Below, piece by piece: positions 41,201 to 53,200 of a stretch of 64,000 nucleotides of DNA. Positions within the stretch are counted from its first letter, which is position 1. The number at the start of each line of letters is the position of its first letter. This stretch comes from Rhina ancylostomus (lineage: Eukaryota). The stretch is from NCBI GenBank assembly GCA_030265395.1, contig JARFYF010000061.1, positions 22,382,369 through 22,446,368 on the forward strand. Direction: 5' to 3'. A program made the position numbers and the translations under genes. Below the pieces are notes generated by a model that was given only the letters and a program-made list of their open reading frames with translations, was not told the origin of the DNA and ran no database searches.

Positions 41201-44200
41201 GTACACCATGCTCCAAGTATCAGCTTTGTTACTATTCTGTGCAAAATTGGTGGTCAGTATATTTTGCTTTGATGCAATTCATTTATAAAACTGGACAGTA
41301 CAGATCTTTTCACATGGTAATGCTGCAGTGTGTAACATTACTACTGTATCTTTATATTACTGTTGTTAAAAAACAAATGACATAAGTTTCTGCTACTTGG
41401 AATTGGGATGGGTGATCTGTGTGAAATTAGCTCTCTGCCATCGTGCACTCCTATGCTGAACACTTGATTTTAATTTCACCCATATGTATTTTTTTCTGAA
41501 CTTCTCTTGCAGCGCTAATTTAGAACGTTAAATTGTCAGCATTCCTTTGGGNNNNNNNNNNNNNNNNNNNNNNNNNNNNNNNNNNNNNNNNNNNNNNNNN
41601 NNNNNNNNNNNNTCCAGCTGCAGTGAGCTTCAGATTCTAACCCAAGTTTCCAAAGCAACCTTCAAATGTGCTGCAATGCTATTGTGAATAACAACAGTAC
41701 AGGTGTATTTTTAGGATGTTAGGAACATCAAATTGGAAGTGAAACTCATAACGTCATGTCATTGACTTTGACAATCTACTAGTTCTACTGCTGTACAATG
41801 TCATTTTAGGGAATTTCTTCATTTAACACAGAAAATATCATTGACTTCCAAAAATCTAATCTGTAATCAGTGGAATGGAGATACTACATTTTTTTTAAGC
41901 ACGAGCAGCAAGATAAGACGCAAACATCCATATGAACATATGGATTAGGATTGGGCCGTAGCCCGTCGAGCCTGATCCACCATTACACTGATCATAGCTC
42001 ATGTCATTGCAGCTTCAACTCCATGTTCCTTTCTACCATCAATAACCTTCCTGCCTCTTGCTTATCAAATATCTATCTACCTCTGCCTTAATAATATTCA
42101 GACTCTGCTTCCAATGCCCTTTGAGGAAGAGAGTTCCAAAAACTCAGTGTCCTCTGAGAGAAAAATAAATCTGTCTTAAATAGGTATCCCCTTATTTTTA
42201 CACAGTGATATTTGTTCTTGCTCTCTCACAAGATTAAACATCCACATCCACGCTGTTGAAACAGCTCAGGATCTTGCATCTTTCATTCAAGTCCCCTCTC
42301 ACTCTTCTGAACTTCAGCAGATACAAGCTGAGCCGATCTGAGATCATAGGGCAACATTGATAACGGAGGATAAGTTACAAGAATCATTATCGTTGGAGCA
42401 TAACTGTCTAGTTTCTGCTTAGTAATCAATAGACAACAACACAATTGTTGAGGCAATCCATTCATTGCAGAAGGCGGTTTAAGCAGCAAACACTGAGATT
42501 GGTATTGGTGCTACTTGATTTCCCAGGACAAGATCCCATGCAAGGTCAGTTATCAGTCCAATGTAAACATTCCAGGAATGACTTCACACCAATTCTGGGA
42601 AGAGATCTATTTTTGATGGTTCCCCTGGGATAGTAAAATGTAGGTAAGAAATGGGGAACAAAATATATAATCTGTAGAGGAGCCAATAGGAAGAGAGAAA
42701 AAATATATACTGTAAGGGCCGTGGAGTAGCTGAACTTAGACTGAGAAAGGGACTTGCAGATAATGCAAACAAAATGAGTTGGCTCACTCCCAAACCCCAG
42801 AAGATATCAGCAGGAAAACTCAATTACATATTCCAAAATCTGGAATTGTGTAGATTTCAAATTCAAGCAGAGAAAGAATCATTCTTAAGCAGAAAAGTTC
42901 TTGCTAGACATTTAAATTAAATAAGTGTTTGCCTCAGTTTTGGTTTCTGGGAGGTTTTATTATGCATTTAATAACTTTTTAAATTCAGTTGTTTCAATAA
43001 AATTGTGTTGGATGAAATTGGAAAAATGTTTATTGGGAGCAACTTAGTCAGTCTCGTGATAGTGAGTGTTCTCAGACAGCAAACTTGGCATAAGAAGTAA
43101 ATAACTTTATTGGTTAATGTGCTGATTACAAATGGGGAGAGTCTTAGTGGGAGCCTGGGAGCAGACCAGTGGGGGTGGTCTGTCTCACTGGAAATTGATT
43201 AGTTTCCAGTGAATGAAATTCCTCTGCTAATTGGTTCACACTTAGTCAATAGGATTTTTTGAATAAATGGAATTTTTGAGCAAACTATTCCATCTAATTG
43301 TCACTGATAGCCAATTACTGGTGTGTGCCAGTGACTGATTCAATTCTGACAGCAGAGATTTAATGCTATTGCTAGTGAGTCACGTTGGGCTGTGCTGTTT
43401 TTCTGGGAGAGAGGTTAACTCAAGGCTCTTCTACATATGTAGGTGGGTGTAAAAGATTCTCTGACAATGGGCAATCATTTCCAGTGGCCTGTTAGCAATT
43501 CCTCCTGGAACTGTTCATGTCAATAGCTTTCCTTATAGGGAGCTGGGCAGCCAGGTTTAGGAGATCCCACAGGGCTCTATAGAGCTCAGCATCCCAATGG
43601 AACCTCCTGGCCCTTATATTGATGGACAGATGCTCCCACCAGCAGACCATGAAGCTTGGAGATCCTTGTCTACTGGAATGGTGGTCTGTCTCAGTGTTTG
43701 GGTGGGGGGGGTGGGTGTTGGTTGGTCTGCTTTGAAATCAAGTGAGAAAGGAGGGGCTGGGTGAGAGTTGTGCCTCAAGTGAGAGACTGGGAACTGGGAG
43801 AGTGGCCTGTCTTAGTGAGACCCTGGCAACAGAGGAGGGTGGCTCCTTCAATCAGCTCCAGGGGTGAGGTGATGAGGTGTATCTCAATGGGACCTGAGGG
43901 ATGGGGGGGGTGACAAGGACCCTTCNNNNNNNNNNNNNNNNNNNNNNNNNNNNNNNNNNNNNNNNNNNNNNNNNNNNNNNNNNNNNNNNNNNNNNNNNNN
44001 NNNNNNNNNNNNNNNNNNNNNNNNNNNNNNNNNNNNNNNNNNNNNNNNNNNNNNNNNNNNNNNNNNNNNNNNNNNNNNNNNNNNNNNNNNNNNNNNNNNN
44101 NNNNNNNNNNNNNNNNNNNNNNNNNNNNNNNNNNNNNNNNNNNNNNNNNNNNNNNNNNNNNNNNNNNNNNNNNNNNNNNNNNNNNNNNNNNNNNNNNNNN

Positions 44201-47200
44201 NNNNNNNNNNNNNNNNNNNNNNNGATAAACCGCTTCCTATATCGAAAGGAAGAACGTAAACCACCAATGGCCTGATGAGAAGCAATGTAGAGTCCTGTGT
44301 GCTGGAAGGGTTTCACTTTCTGATGCAGTAGTAGAGTACAATTTGTATCATTTCAGGAGCAGCTGAGTGCTTTATGGGATTAGAAGGGAAGATAACTGGA
44401 TAAATTAAGATGCTATGACACTTTGGCATAATTATTATCCCAGATAGAATTACATTTGATATTTAGATTGGATTCTCCAAGATCTCATTGCTTTTATCAC
44501 ATAAAATAGAGGTAATAAAAATGTACTTTTTACAAGTTTAGAATAATGATTTTTGGACTTTTACTTGAACTCTCTTCACTCACACTTCACCCACTGTTCT
44601 ACTGAAGGACTTGGAGCAAAGTGATTTCTAATTAGACTAGTAAGAATTTTCATTTATCTGAATCATGATACTTAAAACTACTACAATTATTGCTGATCAA
44701 AAAATCAACCTGCTTTATAACCACCTCTTCACTATCACTGAACTCCAGTCTAGTTTGTCCTTTGGGGATCAATCCCTCGGACATCAGAATGATCTGTTAG
44801 TCACACTTTTAAAACCAATGGTGTAGAAATTAACCAATCAGTGTGATGGGAGTTGGACTGTAGCAGTCGCCACCCAATGCATTTCTTCGTTAAAGTTACC
44901 TGTGCCTGTTATTTGCAATCAAATTAGTGGGTGGGGGGGAGGGTGTCTGTCATTACATTTTGGAACCTTATGTTCCAACTTCCTCTGGCACTGTGTACAG
45001 AAATCAACGTGTAAATTTTAATTGCATTTATTCATTTGCTTGCCAGTTCCCTGCTATTATGTCAGTGTTCCTGGGAGTTGATCTCCAACTGCTATCAGTA
45101 GCTGAGAGGAGGTTACATTTGGGGCTATTTTCATGATGTGCTCATTGATTTAAATACAGGCAGTTCCCAGATTATGACAGGATTTTGTTCCCAAACTGTT
45201 CTCAAGTTGGAAATGACCACAAACAGTGTGTGGGAGAGGATGACAGAGACGGCTGTGACAGGACACTGAGCAGGCGTGGGAAGAGTGGCCGTCAGCCGGC
45301 CTCACTGACTCAGCGAGTGAGCGAGTGAGTCTGCTCAGGGCTCCCAGCTCTCCCAGCCCCTGATTGTTATGGCTTGAGAGCAGCATGGGGAGAGAACGGT
45401 TGTGGAAATGCCCCATTCCCACCTGGCAGAAGATGCCTGCAGTCCTACAGCAGCTGGCAAATCCATCCCCATCCATCCCACAGGTCTCCCAAATGCCTGT
45501 TCATATGTACGGGGTGTCCATAAGTTGGGCATTCGTAACCCAGGGAGGACCTGTACCAGATGTCACTTCTTTGACAGATGCTGAGCCTCACCTTGTATCA
45601 AAACCATTCAGGGGTGGAGCCAGAAGCTGGGGGCTGACCTCCCCCCAGAAGAACATGCCTGGGACCACACTGGAAGAAACAGTGTGGTCTCAATGGCACC
45701 TGTCCATTCCACTTGGACAGCTCACTGGTCATTTGAGTGAAGAGCGTATTATCTGGGGGATTACGTATCCCTCGGATAATATCAGTTAATGATAAAAACA
45801 AATCTGGTCATTAATCATGTTTATGGAATCTTGCTAAGCATAAATTAGCTGCCATGTATTCATATTTAACAGCAGTGACTACATTTCCAAATGTTTCATT
45901 GGCTGTGGGTGCTTTGAGCTATCCTGGGGTTGCTAAAGTTACTACATAAATGCATGTACAATGTTTTTGGTTTGCTGCATTTAAAGAAGGAATGAAGAGG
46001 AAGGGAATGTCATCAGCACGCACTATGTGGAAACATTTTGCTACCAGTAAGTATTGAGATAGGTCAAACAAGCACAGAACAGAAGCAGGCCCTTCAGCCC
46101 ACCATGTCCATGCCTACCATCACGCACTCATTTATATTGATCCAGTTTACCAGCAATTGGCCCATAGTCTTCTATGCCTTGGCAATTCAGTTGCTCATCT
46201 AGATACTTATTAAATGTTGTGAGAGTCTCTGCTTCCATCACTCCTCAGGGTATCTTGAGTACCACCATACATTTTGAGCCAGGTCTTGTTGACCTGATGT
46301 TCCCATCTAGAATTGTTGCCCCTGGTCCTGCATCTATCTGGTCCGGATTCAGAGCGCCAACCTTGCTGACCTGGATGATGCTGGACCCCAGCTGTGAGGC
46401 CTTGGACAGCAATAGGGTCTCAAGGTCTCCCTGATTCAGGGAGGAAGCCACACCCCTACCCACCCCCAACAGGTTTTGACAGCAGGAAAAGCTGAGTGCT
46501 ACTTAATATTAAATTGTATCATTTACAATTCTGTCAGTTGAATCTAGAAGTGGAACTTGCATTCCAAATCTGTCAGTAAGACTGAGACTGTTCACAGGTC
46601 CTTCCCTTCAACAGGTAAAAGTAAGTTGTTCTGTTCAGAATTAGCACTTGCGTGTTATATTAACACGGAGAGATGTTCCAACGTATTTCCCAGAGGCAAG
46701 GCAAAAAGAACTTGAAGCAGAATTTTCTGCCTTGCACAGATGTCCTATCTACCACTTGAAAGACTGGGTCCATTCATCCTGAACACAAGATGATTAGATT
46801 TATATTGTTACTGAGCTGAGTCTTATGCAGCTAAAGGTTGGCTCAGAGTTCTGACTTTGTGAAATCTGTGCATCAGCCAAAAAGCAAAGATGTCTTGATA
46901 AATGGGAAACATCAGGCAATCAAAACAACTGCAAAGCATATTTCCAAACCAAGCTCCAATATGAAAAGATCCTATTGTCATTTCATCAAAGGTCCAAGAT
47001 TATGTCCAAACTGCTGGATTAGTGGATAAACCCCAGGGATTGGTGGAAGATTGCAAAAATATGTTTCCATCTAACCAATCTCCCTATCATTTTGAGAAGA
47101 ATAGGATCCCAAATCACACTTTATGAATGCTAGCAAATTGTTTCTGACACCCAAAATTCAAGATTAGAAACTAAACGTTTCAATAGACACCAACAACTCA

Positions 47201-50200
47201 ATTAGTTATGTAAAAGAAAAGCTCAACATCTTGAAAACCTGGATCCCTGAACAATTACCAACCCTGAAGGCGCAGGTTGTTAGCCTCTCAAAGCACTCTG
47301 TGTCACCAGCTGCTTCCTGGCTCATCTGTGTGGATTAATACTGTCAAATGATGGCCCAAATCAGCAGAAAACAACAAACGCCATGAGCAGCCACACAAAA
47401 GGGTCAAAGTCAAACTCCGATAACTACATGCCAGAAACTTTACTGCCAATTATGTCAAAGCTCTTGAAAAGAGTGAAGAATAAGAAGCTGTTACATAATC
47501 TCCATCTCAGCAGTTTGCTGTCCAACTGCCAAACTAGCGATGGAGCCGAAGACAGTGTTCTCAGTCTCAAATGGAGCTGATTTTGAATCATCACATCAGA
47601 TCCCCTTGACATTAAGAGTTCAGCTGCTATCTCAGAGTTGCCTGATATGTGGAATCCACATGCAGTTTTATTCTCATGCAGTATTAGTTGCGAGCAACAA
47701 ATACCAGTGCAACCAGAAATTTTCAAGCAAAATTTATCAACTGACACCTCATTGAAGAATTTCCAATGAAAGATTATCACTTGTTTCATAACTGAATTCT
47801 GTGGTCCAGAAACAGTGGATAACTTAGTGCCAAGCATCGACAACCTTCATCGGGTTGGTTGTCTTGAACTCATTGAGAGACTTAAGGCATTTTGCATGCA
47901 CCAGCTGCAGTTCTGTGTACAAATGTCACCAAATTCACATGCACTTGGAAATACAGAGCTTGGTGGAACTGAGCTCGGTGGCAACAATTCACCGGTATTC
48001 CTGACTGCTCATGGTCTTGGGCAGCTGAGGAAGACATGGTGGCACTTTTGCAGGGCAATCTGTCGAACAATCTGCATCAGGTAGACACAGATTGTTCAAC
48101 AGATCGCCATTCCCCAGGTATTTGAATGGAGAGGAAGTGCTAAGTTTTAGTTAATTTGTATTTTTGAATTGTTTTTGTTTATTAAAATGTTTGTATTAAT
48201 TTACTTTAGTTTATTTTATTAATTAATTTAGTATATTTAAATGTTAGTATACTGCTGGGGGAACCCCGCAGGTTGAGCAGAATCTGTGAAAGCAAAGGGA
48301 TAGTCGACATTTCAGGTCATGACCCTGCATCAGAACTGCTTCAGGTTCCAACATCTGCAGTCTCTTGTGTCTCCCTGTATTTAAGTGCTTTAGGTTTACT
48401 AACTATTAAAAGTTGATAAAATGTTTCAATAGTTTTGGAATGTTTCTGAATGCCTTATGCAAATGGCATTCCAAGTACTTGACAGCTTTGACTGCCTACT
48501 AAGCCAATGGACTTGGCTTATTTATTTGGGTGTGAAACAAGTATTGCAGTTTTGTCAGCCCTTAACTTCCTTTCACCATTTATGACAGTGTGAGTCATTT
48601 ATCTGCCGTTCCCTTCATTTCCCCAGGCATGTCCAATCCAACTTTTGTAAACGAATAATTTTATTGATATTAAGCACAGATCTTACCCCGGATAGCATTT
48701 AGGGTAATGATTGGCCATGTTTTGCTTTCCTTGCGATACTTGCACTAAAATGGATTTGGTTTTATTTTGTTCTATTTTCTTTCTTGTAAAAATTGTGTAT
48801 AATTTATGTTTAATTTATGGTTTTTATGTGAATGCTGCTTATCTGATGTTGTGTGCCTGTGATGCTGCTGCAAGTAAGTTTTTCATTGCACCTGTGCACA
48901 CATGGATTTGTGCAGATGACAATAAACTNNNNNNNNNNNNNNNNNNNNNNNNNNNNNNNNNNNNNNNNNNNNNNNNNNNNNNNNNNNNNNNNNNNNNNNN
49001 NNNNNNNNNNNNNNNNNNNNNNNNNNNNTGCTGCTGCAAGTAAGTTTTTCATTGCACCTGTGCACACATGGACTTGTGCATTTGACAATAAACTCGACTT
49101 TGACTGTTGAATTCCCATTCTAGATCGATGAATGACTGCTGTTCAAGGATTGTTACATGAACAATTTAACCTTTTATATATTAACATCAGAAAAGTTATC
49201 AGTTAGAAAGGCTGAATTTGAAATGCCGAGGAAAGCAAAGAGTGACATCAATGTGGCTGCCTCTGTAATGGTATAAATGGTGAAAGAAAAGACTTTCATT
49301 TAGATCATATCTTCAGGTTGTGCTTTACACCCAAATAAATAAATTTGCATTGAAGAAATGTGGGCAATTGGGGCACTGCAGAGTACCACAAACAGTAAAA
49401 TGACAGCCAGAAGAGTTGCTGTGAGGAGATGTTATTTATTTCTTTGTGGGATGTGGATATTGCTGACAGTGTCAGAAGTTATTTATTGTTCTTCCCCAGT
49501 TGTCCTTAAATGGATGAGACAGTGAAGAGCTAATGGCATTGTTTGTTCTGGAATCACAGATAGGCCAAAGAAGAGAACAGCAGATTTCCCTCCTAAAGAA
49601 CATTAGTGAACCAGAGAGGTTTTCAAAGACAATCCAGTCATTTCATAATTACGGTCACTGACATCAGCTTTAATTCCAGATTTGTTCAATTATTTAAATT
49701 TGAGCTCCTTTGTTACTGTGTGGGATTTGAACTAGTGTCTCAATGGTCTGGAACTCCGGTTGCTCATCGAGTAGTTCAGCTACGATTCTACTCTCCCAAT
49801 TGGACTGGACTCCAGGGAGAAATCTCAGTATCTTCACCCAAGTATCGCCCGAAATCTTTCTTGCCTATCTGGGTGGACAGAATTTACAGCTCTTCCTCAA
49901 CACTGCGCTGGACTGTCAGCCAAAATACTGTGCTCAAGTCTTTACTGTGAGGCTTGAAGCTACACTTTCTGATTTGTGCTATCAATGAGCCATGGAAAAC
50001 ACAGCTGTGCAGCGGATGACATAGGTGTATGGATAATAAAGAGCCATTAAAAGGCACATATTTCATAAGAAAGTGAAATGGATCTTTCTGCTATATGATT
50101 GGCACAGTCCTTTACAATTATGGATGAGGTGTGTGTGGGAACAGAAAACTTGGCAAATTAATGACACAGGGATTGAGTCCAATGAATATCTAGTTATGCA

Positions 50201-53200
50201 TTGCATGTTGTAATTGCTAAACTAATGGACCAGTTTTTAATACAAATTATATAACAATAATACCAAGTATTTTTTTTAAATAAAATTAACTTCCAGTAAT
50301 TTTGCTGCTATTTAAAGTTGAAATATTTCTCATGAGCCACTATTGACAGTAATATTTAAATTGATGTACTTTGCTAAAACTGCAGAGATGAAAGGGGTGA
50401 TGTCACATGGGGAGAAATCTCAGGATGCTGGGTAGCAGCAACCCGAGTGGGCAATGATGGAACTTCTAGTGAGCATGTTGCCTACACGCTACACTGTTTG
50501 TGTTCTCCTGCAACTTCCTTGTAGTTTCATGTGGCTTCTATACGGAATGGCAATATGAAATTTTCACTTACTTATTCCACAGGGTGTGATTTTGACACTC
50601 TGGTCGGTGTTTAAAGTCTTAAGTACTTTTAGCTGAGTATAAAAACAGAAAATGCTGGGGATACTGAACCGGTCAGGCAACCTCTGTGGAAGTCAGTGAC
50701 CTTCATCAAAATGTTTCAATTACTTTTAGCTTGGTATAAAAGCAGAAAATGTCACAAGCAGTCAGCAGGTCAGGGAAATGGACTTAATGTTTCTGATTAT
50801 TTGGATTTCAGATTTCCAGCATTTTCAGTTATTTTATTTTCATTTTCAACTTGGTATTTTATGCACTTGTGTTACATTCCTCAGTGTTATTCAACCACCT
50901 CATTTAGAAAATGTTAATTTTGTTGATATGCTGAGTATATTAACTACCAAAACCAATGCTGAGTGAAGCTTCAACTCTGTTTGCCCACATTAGTACATTA
51001 CTTTTCTTGCCATTTGAATGAGGTGGCAGAGAGGTGTTGGACAACAAGGAACAAAACAGAAAATGCTTGTATATTCTCAAATATCCCGAGTTTTGTAACA
51101 GGAGAAGGTGGCTATCTTCTCCGAACAATCCAGATTGCCTGAGGTCCATGGCACCTGTATGATTCACCTATTACAGGTGAATCACGGTTCATCAAAGTGA
51201 CATACATTCTTACACATCAGTTCCCAGAACTACCTTTAAGTGAGTAACAGACTTTTGAGTGTGTGGCTTTTTCAAATCAATGAGGGTAAGGTGCCAAACA
51301 CAAATTGCTTAGATTATATTTTGTAATGAGCAATCTCTAGAGAGAGCAAGCTGGTATCAAACTGGTCAGCAGTCTCTCAGGTTTGGTCTTGGTAGATAAA
51401 CTGGCAGTGCCATTTCCTATCGATTTCAGATTCATCGATCATTTTCACGTGAAGTTCAACNNNNNNNNNNNNNNNNNNNNNNNNNNNNNNNNNNNNNNNN
51501 NNNNNNNNNNNNNNNNNNNNNNNNNNNNNNNNNNNNNNNNNNNNNNNNNNNNNNNNNNNNAAGTTCAACTTGATTAAACTAATTTCTGTACCTCCAGGTG
51601 GGTCACAACCACGGCATCAGAGTGTTCAGTCTCATGTGGCAAAGGAGTCCGACAACTCAGAGTGAGATGTGAGCAGTTAACAGCCAATGGAACTTTGAGA
51701 ATCTTGCCTCCGGCATTTTGTGCAGAAGAAGAGGAACAACCACCCAATGAGGCGGATTGTTTACTGCAGCCCTGTGCAGTGTGGGAGAGTCCAGCGTGGG
51801 GAGAGGTATACTGAGAATTATTTGGTACTCTTTGATATAAACAGTGATGAGGAATGAAAGCATTGAAACCTGTTGCTTCAGATACATTATGTGATATTTT
51901 CAGGAGGACTTGATTTAGTTTTGAAAATAAAACAGGCATAAGAATTTTACACAAGTTGTCACAAAGTGAAAGAAAACTCACCAGAACTTAAATCCAAAGG
52001 AATTTTCCACCTTATATTTAGTTGCATTATTAAGTTGACATCTTGGGTTCAATACAGTTTCAGAATTGTAGGTTTCTAGCACATAGCAGGTGATAATTTA
52101 CCTGTAATTCAATATATCAGGTAGATTTTCATCTCCACATCTGGGCAATGCACAGCTGAATATCACATGGAGGAGACCACATGCCTGTAACAGAAATTCT
52201 TTGATGATCCTTCCATTCAATTAACTGCAGGCAAATTAAATGGGCTCCACTCCCAGTGTGTGGTCTCCTGCTGGGGTTTCCCTTCTCTGCAGCACTCAAG
52301 TCCGTGTTCGGCCTTGAGTTTATGAAAGCAAATTTATTCCAAAATCATTTTGATGTTGCAAATGTTTTATCAGAGTTTACCCTTTTAACAAACATTAGTA
52401 TGGATCAGTCAACCTCTTAATTGTGATTTTGGCTTTAAGTGGAGTAAATCAAATATCAAATCAATTGCCCGTAATGAAGCACTTTATCCTTCCTGAGCGG
52501 AGAGGTTTATAACAAGCATTTGATCCACTATTATCCTTTTATTTACTATTGCCCATAGTTAAAATTATCCCCCAATTGAATACCAGCAGAGTTGATTAAG
52601 CTAAGATGGAAGCAATCATTAGTAATGGAATAAAACTTTGTTTCCCCAAGCTGAAATGAAATTAAAGTGTTCAGTAGTGTTGAATACAACAAATTAGACT
52701 GGGCATAGTTTTATTTGCTGGAATAGAACAGCTGTTGGCCAAGGTATCAGATGATTATTTATTGGGGTGAGAGGGGAATAATACATCTCCCTTGTGCTAC
52801 TACTGATGCTGTGTTGCATTACGTGCCGTGCTCTGGTCTGTGTTTTTCTGAGAACAGTGTTGTGAGTTGTTGCTTCCACTTCTTGAATACTTGGCCTTTT
52901 TGCAACAGTAAATTCAAAAATGCTAATTAAATTACACTGGGGCTTCATTATTCCACAGCCATAGAAACTTTGAGGGGGTGTTTATAATATTTACAATATT
53001 GGAAGCAAAACCTGGTGATAGGGCATTCAGCTGGTGTTAGGTGATGCCAACAATTTTATCTGTCATCATAGTAATACGTGATCATTATGTAAAGGTATAC
53101 AGTGGACTTATTAAGAGCAAATTGCTATACTTGGTCTAATTTACTTTCAGAAAATAATGCTATTTTAGCATTGCCATTAATTAGTCTACTGAGACAGGTT

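Noticed and set aside
45150-45476. Minus ORF containing CSVSC, resembling a TSP1 exon
   Set aside because: Wrong strand, lies within a TA-flanked Tigger-like element, and the gene model is already complete without it.
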